From an uncultured Planctomycetaceae bacterium (GTDB lineage: Bacteria; Planctomycetota; Planctomycetia; Isosphaerales; Isosphaeraceae): a DNA stretch of 64,000 bases. Both the position numbers and the translations under genes were made by a program. The notes below the pieces were generated by a model that was not told where the DNA came from, did not search any database, and was given only the letters and a program-made list of their open reading frames with translations. Location of the stretch: assembly GCA_963833985.1 (NCBI GenBank), contig CAWIAD010000002.1, forward strand, positions 4,192,001-4,256,000, read 5' to 3'. Numbering within the stretch: position 1 is the first letter of the stretch; each line of letters starts with the position of its first letter. This document shows, piece after piece, positions 50,712-61,287 of this stretch.

Positions 50712-52043
50712 TCACTCCATGCTGCCGACCTCGCGTGCCGCCTGGGCCTGCGGGGGCGCTGCCTTGCAGCGTGGAATCTTCGCGGTGAACCGCGAGCCGG
50801 ATCCGGGCCGGCTGGTCACCGAGATGTGGCCCCGGATGGACGAGATCAGGTGGCGGACGATCGACAGGCCCAGCCCGGTGCCGCCCAGTTCCCGGCTCCG
50901 CGCCTTGTCCACGCGGTAGAACCTCTCGAAGATCCGCGGCAGCTCGTCGCGCGGGATGCCGATTCCCGTATCGGCGACGTCCACGCTCACCATTTCGCCG
51001 GCCAGCGAGCAGGACACGCGTACCCTGCCTCCGGGAGGCGTGTACTTGATGGCGTTGTCGATCAGGTTGTCGAAGATCTGGCGGATGGCCTCCTCGTCGG
51101 CCAGCACCAGCGTCTCACCATCGAGCCCGCCGACATCGAAAGTGAGCGCGAGATCCTTGGCTTCCGCACGCCCGCGGTGCCCCTCCAGGCATGACTCCAG
51201 AGCGGGGATCAGGCTCAGCGGCCCATGCTCGAAGAACTCCTGTCCGGAATCGAGCCTGGCCAGGCTGAGCATGTCGAGGATGAGCTGGTTGAGACGGTCC
51301 GCCTGCTCGTCGATCCGCTCCAGGAAGCGGCGATTGACGGTGTCGTCGTGCAGCGCCCAGTCGATCAGGGTTTCGGCGTAAGCCTTGATGGAGGCAAGCG
51401 GTGTTTTGAGCTCGTGCGAGGCGTTGGCCACAAAATCTTGCCGCATCCGCTCCAGCCTGCGGAGGTCGGTCACGTCGTGAAAGACGAGCACGGCGCCAGA
51501 GGGGGGCGTGCCGGGCAATGGGGTTCCACGTACCGAGAGGATGCGCGACGGGCCACGCAGCGCGGCGTCGCGCACGGGGAAGGCGACCTCGCCCTGGTAG
51601 GCGTCCGGGTGGTAGAGCCGCAGCGTTTCGTCGACGGCACTCTGCACCTGAGGGCTGCGGATCAGCTCGGGCACGAGCCGGCCGACCGACAAGGCATCCA
51701 GACCGAAGAGGGCGTCAGCGCTCGTGTTGGCGAAGAGCAGCCGGCGCCGCGCGTCCACCGCAATCACCGCCTCGGCCATCGCTCCGAGCACCACGCGCAG
51801 TTGCTGGCGGTCCTCCTCGAGCCGATCGATCCGGGCCTGGATCGCTGGGGCCGTCTCATTGAAGACCTGGATCAGACGCCCGAGAGGGCCCCATGAGTCG
51901 ATGAGGATCTGCCGGGTGCGCAGGCCCGAGCCCAGCGCACCCAGCCCGCGCACCAGCTCTCGAACGGCGCGCAGCCATCCCCCGGCCAGGAGCACCAGGG
52001 CCAGCACGAGCGCCAGCAACACGGTGATGAGCACAGACACCAT
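50712..52043 (-). CDS. PhoR-like sensor histidine kinase (TM-HAMP-PAS-HisKA-HATPase)
   Basis: LERMRQDFVANASHELKTPL, NLIDNAIKY, DTGIGIP, RIFERFYRVDKARSRELGGTGLGLSIV. Confidence 0.92.
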   Translation of the reverse strand: MVSVLITVLLALVLALVLLAGGWLRAVRELVRGLGALGSGLRTRQILIDSWGPLGRLIQVFNETAPAIQARIDRLEEDRQQLRVVLGAMAEAVIAVDARRRLLFANTSADALFGLDALSVGRLVPELIRSPQVQSAVDETLRLYHPDAYQGEVAFPVRDAALRGPSRILSVRGTPLPGTPPSGAVLVFHDVTDLRRLERMRQDFVANASHELKTPLASIKAYAETLIDWALHDDTVNRRFLERIDEQADRLNQLILDMLSLARLDSGQEFFEHGPLSLIPALESCLEGHRGRAEAKDLALTFDVGGLDGETLVLADEEAIRQIFDNLIDNAIKYTPPGGRVRVSCSLAGEMVSVDVADTGIGIPRDELPRIFERFYRVDKARSRELGGTGLGLSIVRHLISSIRGHISVTSRPGSGSRFTAKIPRCKAAPPQAQAAREVGSME

Positions 52044-52260
52044 TGGCTGCTCCGATCCATGCCATGACGCCGCGTTGACCTTTCCAGTATCGATGTCCCG
52101 TGCATGGAGGTCAACAGAGGGATCCAGAGGAACTTGCCTGCTGACGAGTTGCCGAACGCCTGGATGTAACCTATTTTTGCCTCGGAAGAGGTGAGATCGG
52201 AAGTGAAGGAGCTTCCGCATCCTTTCAAGCATCAAAGCTCGATGTCATCGAGGAGACAAC

Positions 52261-52485
52261 ATGTTTCGTGCATCGCGTAGCAATCGCCTGCCGAAGCGAC
52301 GCAGCGCAGCCTTGAACGTCGAAGGTATGGAGGACAGGGCACTTCTTTCCCAGATCGGCCCGATCGCCACCCCGCCGGCGCCCAAGTTGCCGCCGTACGT
52401 CGTTCCGCCGATCACCCCTCCGAACACGGTGCCTCCCCAGGGAGTCATCCCGCCTTCGACCACCGGCGGCCTCGGCGGCCATTGA
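52261..52485 (+). CDS. 74-aa proline-rich mini-protein with LEPR-XLL-type signal
   Basis: Strong [28 protein letters not shown] followed by a Pro-rich tail. Confidence 0.7.
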   Translation: MFRASRSNRLPKRRSAALNVEGMEDRALLSQIGPIATPPAPKLPPYVVPPITPPNTVPPQGVIPPSTTGGLGGH

Positions 52486-52648
52486 TCGCCCGGCGGACAA
52501 GGTCCCAGCGGATCGAAGCTCCCAAGAGATCGCTTTTCCGCGGTCGGGCTGTCCAGACTGGTCTGAACAAGGGATGATGGCGATCGCCTGCCAGCAGACG
52601 GCGGTTCCAGCCCTGTTCCCAGCCAGGTATGTTCGCCCGGGAGAAGAA

Positions 52649-53644
52649 ATGAAGACACCACGTTGCGGCGATCGGACTCCGGTCCTCCGCCCGGGACGTT
52701 GCCTCGCATCAACCACGACGCTGCTGGTGGGATCGCTGCTCATCTGCGGCAGTGCGTTGCCTGCCCGGGCGGATGATCCGCCCCTTGCCTCCTCGCTGCT
52801 GCCCGGGGCCCGTGACGAGTACGTGGACTCGGGCGGTCTGAAAATCCATTGCGTGAGCCTGGGCCGCACCGGATCGCCACTTCTGGTGATGATTCACGGC
52901 TTTCCGGATTTCTGGTATTCCTGGCGCGCCCAGATGCCGGTCCTGGCGCGCGATTTCCACGTCGTCGCCATGGACCAGCGCGGCTACAACCTGAGCGGCC
53001 AGCCCCAGGGCGTTGAGAACTACACCCTTGCCAGGCTCGTGGCCGACCTCCTCGCCGTGGTCGAGCACTACGGCCCCGGCAAGGCCGTCATCGTCGGGCA
53101 CGACTGGGGTGGGGCCGTGGCGTGGATGTTCGCCATGGCCCACCCCGAGCTCACCGACCGCCTCATCATCCTTGACTCGCCTCATCCCCGAGGCCTCATG
53201 CGCGAGCTCGCGCGCAGCCCGCAACAGCAAAAGAACAGCCAGTACGCGCGCGACTTCCAGAAGCCCGACGCTGCCAGCAAGCTCACGGCCGACGCCCTGG
53301 TCTTCTGGGTCAAGGACCCGGCGGCCCGAGACGTCTACCGTGCCGCGCTGGGCCGCTCGTCACTGGAAGGCATGCTCAACTATTACAAGGCCAACTACCC
53401 GCGGGACGTCGGCGATGCCGCGGTCCGCGGCCTGGGCGCGGCCGCCTTTCGGCCGATCGCCTGCCCGGTGCTCCTGATCCACGGCCTGGACGACGAGTTC
53501 CTGCTCCCCGGCGCACTCAACGACACATGGAACTGGATCGACAGCGACCTCACGCTTGTCACCATTCCCCGCGCCGGGCATTTCGTGCAGCAGGATGCCG
53601 CGGAGCTCGTCACCCGAACGATGGTGAGCTGGCTCAAGCGCTGA
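52649..53644 (+). CDS. Secreted alpha/beta hydrolase (epoxide hydrolase-like)
   Basis: [40 protein letters not shown]. Confidence 0.9.
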   Translation: MKTPRCGDRTPVLRPGRCLASTTTLLVGSLLICGSALPARADDPPLASSLLPGARDEYVDSGGLKIHCVSLGRTGSPLLVMIHGFPDFWYSWRAQMPVLARDFHVVAMDQRGYNLSGQPQGVENYTLARLVADLLAVVEHYGPGKAVIVGHDWGGAVAWMFAMAHPELTDRLIILDSPHPRGLMRELARSPQQQKNSQYARDFQKPDAASKLTADALVFWVKDPAARDVYRAALGRSSLEGMLNYYKANYPRDVGDAAVRGLGAAAFRPIACPVLLIHGLDDEFLLPGALNDTWNWIDSDLTLVTIPRAGHFVQQDAAELVTRTMVSWLKR

Positions 53645-53756
53645 GCCAGTCTCCGACTGACTACTGCGAGCTCGACCCCTCCGGCGGCGCGGCTGAACAG
53701 GCTCCGACCGTTTATTCCCCGGCCGCTGATGGAGCGCCCGGGAACGTCCGACAACC

Positions 53757-53950
53757 GCTGGGTGTGTCAAGTGCTGCGACGCACCGATCCACTGCGCAGG
53801 GGTCAACACGGTGCGTCGTCGCTGCGCTTGACGCACCCTACCAATGAATCACCCACATCCAGAAGCTCCGGGGCAATCCGGAATTCGTAGCGCACGGCCA
53901 GGGAACCTACGACACTCGTAGGGTGTGTCCAGCGCAGCGCCGACGCACCG
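53757..53950. repeat. Cluster of GTAG-family REPs (+/-/+)
   Basis: 53757-53786 (degenerate), 53809-53841 (reverse), 53918-53950 GTAGGGTGTGTCCAGCGCAGCGCCGACGCACCG. Confidence 0.85.
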
Positions 53951-54010
53951 ATTCTGGAGGGAGAAAGAAAAACTCTCTCCACGAATGACATACCAGGAAC
54001 ATCATCGATC

Positions 54011-54050
54011 TATATGTCATATGTATAATGAAATAGTCTATACATTAATG
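54011..54050. promoter_or_regulatory. AT-rich putative promoter/operator upstream of the P1B-ATPase operon
   Basis: TATAAT at 54024-54029 overlapped by inverted repeat ATGTATA-N11-TATACAT (54021-54045). Confidence 0.4.
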
Positions 54051-54366
54051 AAGCTGATCGAATGCTCATCGGTAGACATGGCAACGGCCTGACCGACGGT
54101 TTTCCGCCGGCGGGACATCGAGACGATCCGAGAGACCGTCGCGATCGCGGCAGGTCATCCGGATCACCACCCTGGGCCAGAATAAGGTCGTCAGTAGGCT
54201 TGCAGGGCTGTTGGAGGTGCCGTAGTTCTCCGCACTCGAGAATGTTGTGGTCCACCCTTTGGGCTGCTGCGCTGCTTGACTCACTGTCCGGCCGGCTCTA
54301 CCCTCAAGGTCCGGACTCCACAGCCAAGCCTTATGCCCCCAGCAGCAGCCGTCGAGACGCCCGCCG

Positions 54367-57300
54367 ATGCACCGCGAGTTTCACCCGCAGGACATGCAAG
54401 TGCTCGAGGCCGATCCCTTCGGTCCGGATCGGGCTGAAGCCGCGGATCATCGATCGGCCGCCCTGTTCGGCTTCACGGCCGTACTGGGGCTGTTGATCGG
54501 TGGAGACGTGCTGCTGGGCCTGGCCAGACTGTCCGACGTGCGTTTGCCGGGAGGTGTCTCGCTGTCGCTTGCGGCGGCGCTTCTGGGGGCGGTGTACATT
54601 GTCTACGGCGCGCTTCGAGGCGTTGCTGCACGGCAAGATCGGCGCGGACCTGGCCCTGGCACAGGCGTGCATCGCGGCACTGGTGCTGGGACAACCTTTC
54701 GTTGCGGCCGAGGTCGTCTTCATTGCACTGGTCGGCGAGGTGCTCGAAGCGCTGACGTTCGCCCGCACGCAGCGCGCCGTGGGGTCACTCGTGCGGCAAA
54801 CTCCGCGCACGGCTCGTGTGCGGCGCGACGGGGCGGAGGTTGAGGTCGCGGCCGGCACGGTGCGCATCGACGAGATCGTCGTCATCCGTCCGGGCGAGCG
54901 GATCCCTGTCGACGGGCCTGTGGTCGCCGGCCGCTCGACGGTGGACCCGTCGGCGCTGACCGGCGAATCACTCCCCGTGGACATCGGTCCCGAGGATCGC
55001 GTCTTCACCGGCACGCTCAACCAGTACGGGGTGATCGAGGTCCGCGCGGAGAAGGTGGGCCGAGAGACCGTCTTCGGACAGGTCCTGCGCATGGTGGCCC
55101 AGGCGCGCGGCCGCAAGGCCGAGATCGAGCGTCTCGCCGATCGCCTGGCGCGCTACTTCTTGCCGGCCGTTGAAACCGCCGCATTTGTGACGCTCGTTGC
55201 AGGCTACCTGCTGGGCTGGCCCGACGTCTGGTCGCGTACGGTGGCGGTGCTGGTCGTCGCCTGCCCGTGCGCCCTGGTGCTCGCCACTCCTGCGGCGATG
55301 CTCGCCAGCATGGCCTGGCTGGCGCAGCGTGGAGTGCTCATCAAGGGAGGTTACGCGCTGGAGCGCCTGGCGGCATGCGACACGATCGCCTTTGACAAGA
55401 CCGGGACGCTGAGCGAAGGGAAGCCGGCGGTGACGTCCCTGGCCGTCGCTCCAGGACGCGACGAGAACGAGGTATTCCGGCTTGCGGCTGCCGTGGAGCG
55501 ATCGAGCAGTCACCCTCTGGCCCACGCGGTCGCGGCTGCCGCGGAGCAGCGCGGCCTCGACCTGCCTCCGGCCACCGAGGTCCGCGTCCATCCAGGCGCA
55601 GGGGTCGAGGGGATCGTGGAGGTCCCGGGGCGGGAACCGGCCAGGGTCCTGGTCGGGAACCGGCGACTGCTTGCCGAGCAGGGTGTGCCGCTCGATGAGA
55701 CCAGCTCCGCGCAGCTTCATGCCCCGGGCGCGCCGGGCGAGACGACGCTCCTGGTTGTCGTCGACGGGAGCCTTGCCGGTTCCATCGGCCTGCGTGATGC
55801 CGTCCGGCCGGAAGCGCACGATGTGATCCATGATTTGAAGCACCTGAAGTTCCGCCAGATCGCCCTGCTCACGGGGGATCGCCAACCCGTCGCGGATCGC
55901 GTGGCCAGGCAGGTTCATATCAAGACGGTGCTGGCCGAGCAGCTTCCGGCGGACAAGGCCGCCTGGATCAAGGAGCAGCAGCAGGCGGGCCACAAGGTCG
56001 CCATGGTTGGAGATGGGATCAACGACGCCCCTGCCCTGGCACAGGCCGACGCGGGCATCGCGCTGGGGGGTATAGGATCGGACCTGGCGGCGGAAGCCGG
56101 TGATTTCATCATCATGGGAGACCCGCTGCGCCACCTGCCGGGGCTGGTCGAGCTTTCGCGGGCCACCGTCGCGGTGATCCGCCAGAACATCATCGGGTTC
56201 GCATTCGGACTGAACGCCGTGGCGGTCTTTCTGGCCTCACTGGGCATTCTGGGTCCGGTGGCCGCGGCCATTCTGCACCAGGCCGGCTCCTTCCTGGTGC
56301 TGCTGAACGCCATGCGACTTCTGGTGTTTGGCGGCTGGACCAACCTGGCAGCCGGCGCTGGCTGCGGGCCGCTGTGGGGTGGATCCATCAGATCGATGAA
56401 CTCCTCGACGTTCCGGCAATGGCCGCCTGGCTGGTCCGGCGCTGGAGGCGAATCGTCGCGGGCTCTGTCGTCGTGATGGCGATTGACTATGCGGCCAGCG
56501 GCATCACAGCCATCGGCCCTGATGAGGCCGGGCTCGTGATGCGCTTCGGAGGTTTCGTGGGCGTGCTCGAGCCCGGCCTGCACGTTCGGTTTCCCTGGCC
56601 AATCGAGCGCGTGATCCGATTGCAGCCGGGGATCGTCCGCAGTCTCGAGATCGGCTTTCGCAACGCGATCGAGGAGCGGGACGGGCTGTTTCGCTGGGAA
56701 TCAACCCACGGCCGAAGCGCCGAGGCGCCCGAGCCAGGAGACGGCGACGCCTTGCTGCTGACGGGCGACGGCCAGTTCCTGGAAATCACGGCGGCCGTCC
56801 AGTACGCGATCGACACCAGCCGCCCGGGCGCCCTGCGACGGATCGCGCTGGGAGCTGCCAACCCGGAAGCAGCTCTGGAGGCCATGGCAGAGGCCGCGGT
56901 GCGGCAGGTCGTGGCACGCAGAACACTGCTGGATGTGCTCACGACGGGGCGCAGCGAGGCGGAGGCGGCCGCCACGGCGAAGCTGGCTCACTGGCTCGAT
57001 GCACTCGGTATTGATTTTCATATACAGAAAATCATGTTCCAGGACGTGCATCCGCCGATGGCCGTCGTGGATGCGTACCGGGACGTGTCGCGTGCGCAGA
57101 GCGATCGCGCCCGGCGGTCCAACGAGGGGCTCGCCTACCGGGCCGAGAAGCTGGCCGATGCGGAAGCTCGCGCCGTGGCGACGGTGAACTCCGCGCATGC
57201 GGCAAGCGACACTGCGGTCGCGCTGGCCGCCGGCGGAGCCGATGTCTTCTGCTACCTGCTGGCCGCGCGCAGCCCGCTCCGGCCCTGAGCGAGTTCCGGC

Positions 57301-57476
57301 TCTTCTGGGAAACGATGGGCACGGTGCTGCGGGACCGGCCGAAACTGATCCTCGACGGCGCCTCGGGCCGGCCTCAGCGGTTATTCCTGTCTCGCTTGCC
57401 GATGGAAGAAGCCGCGGCGCTGGCGGGGCCGGGGCCCGAGGCAAACCGGAAGACCGCCAAGGCCACTTCGGAGTGA
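54367..57476 (+). CDS. Heavy-metal P1B-type ATPase fused to a C-terminal HflK/SPFH domain (frameshifts near 54612, 56352 and 57275)
   Basis: LTGES, VVACPCAL, DKTGT, SHPLA, LTGD, GDGINDAP; then RFGG..EPGLH.RFPWPIE, LLTGD, FQDVHPP..VVDAYRDV, FRLFWETM..KLILD. Confidence 0.8.
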
Positions 57477-57483
57477 CTGACAC

Positions 57484-58485
57484 ATGGCACCGCGTCGCAG
57501 GCTCGGCTGGGTCTGGATCTGTGGGGGATTGGTACTGGCTGCTCTGCTGGCGGCCCGTTGTACCGTCGCGGTTGACGAGACCGAGTATGCGGTCGTCACC
57601 AGCTTCGGCAAGGTGGTCGCGGTTCTGGGGGTCGAGCCCGGCTCGGCAGGGCTGCATCGAAAAATGCCCTGGCAGAGCGTGATCCGCGTCGACCGGAGAT
57701 TGCGTGCGTTCGACCCGCCCCCGCGCGAGATGATCACGGGAGACCGGCGCAACCTCGAGGTCGCCTCGTACGTGATCTACCAGGTGGCCGATCCGGAACG
57801 GTTCGTCCGCGGGGCAGGCTCTCTGGACCAGGCCGAGGCCCGGCTCAGCGAACGCGTGGCCGCGGCGCTTTCCGACGCCATTGGCCGGCGCGAGTTCTCG
57901 GGCCTGGCCACGACCGATCCCGCGCAGGCGGCCATCGAGGATTTGAACGCGGAGGTCTTGCGGACCATCGGCCCAGCGGCCCTCGCCGAGATGGGACTGA
58001 GCGTCGTCGACCTGGGACTGCGCTGGTTCAACCATCCGCTGGAGGTCCGGCCGGCCATCTTCGAGCTGATCCGTAGCGAGCGCCGGCAGGTGGCCGCCAG
58101 GCTGAGGGCGGAGGGTGAGGCGAGCTATACCACGATCACCAGCCAGGCCGATCGTGAACGCGAGGTGATCCTGGCCCGGGCCGACGCCGAAGCCCAGCGG
58201 ATTCGCGGCCAGGCGGAAGCCGAAAGCATGCGCATTCTCAACGAGGCCCACGCGCGCGATCCGAAGTTCTACGAGCTGCTGCGCACGCTGGAGTCGTACT
58301 CATCGATCCTCGATGCGAAGACGACGGTGGTGCTTTCCTCGACGAGCCCGCTGCTCAAGCTGCTGGCGACCGGGCCGGGTGAAGCCCCCGCGCCACCCGC
58401 CTCGCGGAACGCCGCAACGACGACGGCCGCGGCCGCTTCGGCAGGGCGCGGGCCGAGCCCTGCACCGGGAGCGGCCAGCCCATGA
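57484..58485 (+). CDS. hflC: HflC-like SPFH protein
   Basis: VDETEYAVVTSFGK, GLHRKMPWQSV.RVDRR, ITGDRRNL, IRSERRQVA..RAEG, DPKFYELLRTLESY. Confidence 0.85.
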   Translation: MAPRRRLGWVWICGGLVLAALLAARCTVAVDETEYAVVTSFGKVVAVLGVEPGSAGLHRKMPWQSVIRVDRRLRAFDPPPREMITGDRRNLEVASYVIYQVADPERFVRGAGSLDQAEARLSERVAAALSDAIGRREFSGLATTDPAQAAIEDLNAEVLRTIGPAALAEMGLSVVDLGLRWFNHPLEVRPAIFELIRSERRQVAARLRAEGEASYTTITSQADREREVILARADAEAQRIRGQAEAESMRILNEAHARDPKFYELLRTLESYSSILDAKTTVVLSSTSPLLKLLATGPGEAPAPPASRNAATTTAAAASAGRGPSPAPGAASP

Positions 58486-59387
58486 GTCGTAAAACAGCCC
58501 TGTCGCTCTGTGTCCTGCTGGCATGCCTTGCGGTGGCGGCCAGCGGCTGGCAGGTCGTGCCGCCTGGCGAGCGGATCGTGGTCCGCCGGTTTGGCCGCGC
58601 GCTCGCGCCCGACCGGGAACCGGGTCTGCACTGGGGTTTCCCCCTGGGCATCGACCGCGTGCAGCGCGTGCGGACAGACCTGGTGAGGCGCCTGCACGTG
58701 GGCGTGCAACCCGCCGGGTCGACTGCCGCGGAGGACCGCCTCGGTGCGGAGTTTTTGACGGGCGATCTCAACCTGGTACGCATGGGTGCGGTGGTCCAGT
58801 TCCGCGTGGAAGCCCCGGCCGACCTCGTCCTGCGCTCCGTCGACGCGGAAGCCCTGCTGACCCGCCTGGCCGAGTCCAGCCTGTCGCGCGTGACGGCCCG
58901 CCGGGGCATTGATGAGGTGCTCAGAAGTGGCCGGCAGCAGATGGGCGCCGAGGTGGCCCGTGATCTCGATCGCGAGGTCGCGCGGCTGCACCTGGGCCTG
59001 AAGATCCTGGGCGTGAGCCTGACCGAGGTGCGGCCGCCGGTGGAGGTGGCCGCCGACTTCTCCGCGGCCCAGTCCGCGGAAAGCGAGCGTGACCGGCGAC
59101 GGCACGAGGCCAGCACCCGTGCCGAGACGACTGTCACCGCGGCCCGGGCGACGGCCTCGGCCCGGCTCCAGAACGCTCGGGCCGCGGCCGAGCGGAGTAC
59201 CCTGACGGCCCGTTCCCAGGCCCAGCGTTTTCTGACCGTGCTGGCAGAGGCCGGGCGTGCTCCAGAACTCTCTGCCGGGCGCATCTACATGGATCTCATG
59301 AAGGAACTGCTGCACCGCGTGCGCCGCAAGGTCATCCTGGCGCCGGGAGAGAATGTCGATCTCACCGTGCTGGGTGTCCCGGAGTGA
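58482..59387 (+). CDS. hflK: HflK-like SPFH protein
   Basis: VVRRFGR..EPGLHW..PLGIDRV, FLTGDLNLV, IDEVL, VRPPVEVAADF, RIYMD; ATGA-coupled to hflC. Confidence 0.8.
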   Translation: MSRKTALSLCVLLACLAVAASGWQVVPPGERIVVRRFGRALAPDREPGLHWGFPLGIDRVQRVRTDLVRRLHVGVQPAGSTAAEDRLGAEFLTGDLNLVRMGAVVQFRVEAPADLVLRSVDAEALLTRLAESSLSRVTARRGIDEVLRSGRQQMGAEVARDLDREVARLHLGLKILGVSLTEVRPPVEVAADFSAAQSAESERDRRRHEASTRAETTVTAARATASARLQNARAAAERSTLTARSQAQRFLTVLAEAGRAPELSAGRIYMDLMKELLHRVRRKVILAPGENVDLTVLGVPE

Positions 59388-59637
59388 CCCGCGCTCGTCC
59401 AGCGTAGTCCGCGCTGCGCCCGGGCTGCATCCGCGCAACCGGCACGACTGATTCCCTCGGCACGCAGCGCCGGTTCCACGTGCTCATTACGGTGGATGCC
59501 GCGATCGCGGCGTGTCGATCACATTTTTGCGATCGGCCCGATCCGGGGCACCGGTCAGACCAGCGCGAGACCCAGCAGGATGCTGGCACGGCAAGCTGTG
59601 GACGAGCGAGCCGGGCGACGGCGGCGAAGGAGGCGGG

Positions 59638-61110
59638 GTGAGGAGGCTCGGGTGGCTCGCCATACAGTTGGTCACGGTCTCTGTTCTGGCCGGCGGGCCG
59701 TGGGGCGCGCGGGCGGAGAACCTCCGCGATGCCTGGAACATCGCTCTGGGCGTGAACCAGCAGTTGCAGTCGCAGCAGGCGCTTTCGGTCTCGGCGGGGC
59801 TCAGTCTCGCGGCCGCCCGGTCGGATCGCTGGCCCACCGTCCGCAACTTCACGTTCAACTCATTCTTGAGCACCACGCCATACATCAAGAACTCCTTCGC
59901 GGGGACATCGGCGGCCGGAGGTTCGGCGGCCGGGGTGGCGGGAGTTCCAGGTCAGCCGGGAGCGGTCGCACCCGGTGCCTCGGTGTTGAACTCGGCGGCG
60001 TTGACCGGACTGCCGACGGCGTTCCCCATCCTGGGACCGGGCCAGCGTGATCTCCCGGTCTCGATCACCTTCGCCAGCATTCCGCTTTACACCGGGGGCC
60101 GGAATCTTCGGAACATCGATGCGGCGAACGCCCAGGTCAGCGTCCAGCGCACGGAAGAAGTGCGTTCGGCACTCGACCTGAAGCTGACGGTGGCCGAGGC
60201 GTACATCGGCGTTCTGCGGGGCCGAAAGAACCTGGACGTCCGCCGTAGCGACGTGGATCGGCTGACCTCGTTCGCCCGCGACGTCCGCAACCGCCGCGAG
60301 CAGGGTCTGGCCATCCGCAGCGACGAGCTGGCCGCCGAGGTATCTCTTGCGAACGCGCGGCTGGCCGAGATCCAGGCCCGGACCACACTCGAGGCCGCCT
60401 GGGCCACGTACAACCGCTATCTCTGCCGGCCGCTCACGGCCGTTGTTCCCCTCGAGGAACTCACCAACCTGCCACCGAATACCGACTGGAAGGCTCTGGC
60501 CAGAGAAGCCGTCGACGCTCATTCGAGGACGGCCCAGACCGATGAAGCCTCCATCGAGGAGCTGACGCGCATGGCCCTGCTGGCACGACCCGAACTGGCC
60601 AGCCTGGTCCAGCAAGCCCGCGCGCTGGAAGCGCAGGCCGAGGCCACGCGCGCCGGCGTCCGTCCGCATGTTGGCTTCATCGTGGCCTTCTCGTACATCG
60701 GCAACAACAACCAGATTCCTCAGGGGATCGGCTCGGCCCTCTTCTATGCCGACTGGACGATCACCGACAGCGGCGCCACCCGCCGTCGCGCGGCGGCCCA
60801 GCTTCAGCAGCAGATCGCCACACTGAAGCGGAAGGCAGACACCATCGCGTCGGTCGCACTCGAGGTGCGCACCCGCTGGCTCGACCTGCACCAGGCCCGT
60901 CTGCGTGTGCCTGTTGCCCGGCTGGCCATCGCGCAGGCCGAGGAGAACCTGGAGGTGGTGACCGACCGCTACCGCCAGCAGCTCAGCACGTACACCGAGG
61001 TGCTCGACGCCGAGAATCGCCGCGTCCAGTCGCAGAACAACTTCTTCAACGCCGTGTACGACGAGAACCTGGCACTGTTCCGGCTCCGCCGCGCGGTGGC
61101 GGACCTGTGA
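59638..61110 (+). CDS. TolC-family outer-membrane efflux protein
   Basis: Signal peptide; IPLYTGG, VAEAY..VL, LARPEL, Y.QQLSTYTEVLDAE; GTG start inferred. Confidence 0.85.
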   Translation: MRRLGWLAIQLVTVSVLAGGPWGARAENLRDAWNIALGVNQQLQSQQALSVSAGLSLAAARSDRWPTVRNFTFNSFLSTTPYIKNSFAGTSAAGGSAAGVAGVPGQPGAVAPGASVLNSAALTGLPTAFPILGPGQRDLPVSITFASIPLYTGGRNLRNIDAANAQVSVQRTEEVRSALDLKLTVAEAYIGVLRGRKNLDVRRSDVDRLTSFARDVRNRREQGLAIRSDELAAEVSLANARLAEIQARTTLEAAWATYNRYLCRPLTAVVPLEELTNLPPNTDWKALAREAVDAHSRTAQTDEASIEELTRMALLARPELASLVQQARALEAQAEATRAGVRPHVGFIVAFSYIGNNNQIPQGIGSALFYADWTITDSGATRRRAAAQLQQQIATLKRKADTIASVALEVRTRWLDLHQARLRVPVARLAIAQAEENLEVVTDRYRQQLSTYTEVLDAENRRVQSQNNFFNAVYDENLALFRLRRAVADL

Positions 61111-61287
61111 AAGTCGTCCGCCGCCGTCCGGCATTTTCCTTTTGATGGTTGATATGATCGGTCAGTCCCCTCATCACGTGATGCTGACCCGCGACGTTCG
61201 GGCACGCCACTTGCAATTCTCTGGAATGGCGACAGAGCCATCGCAGCGCGCGGTGCGACGTGAGCCGGCTTTCTCGACGACGGGCAC

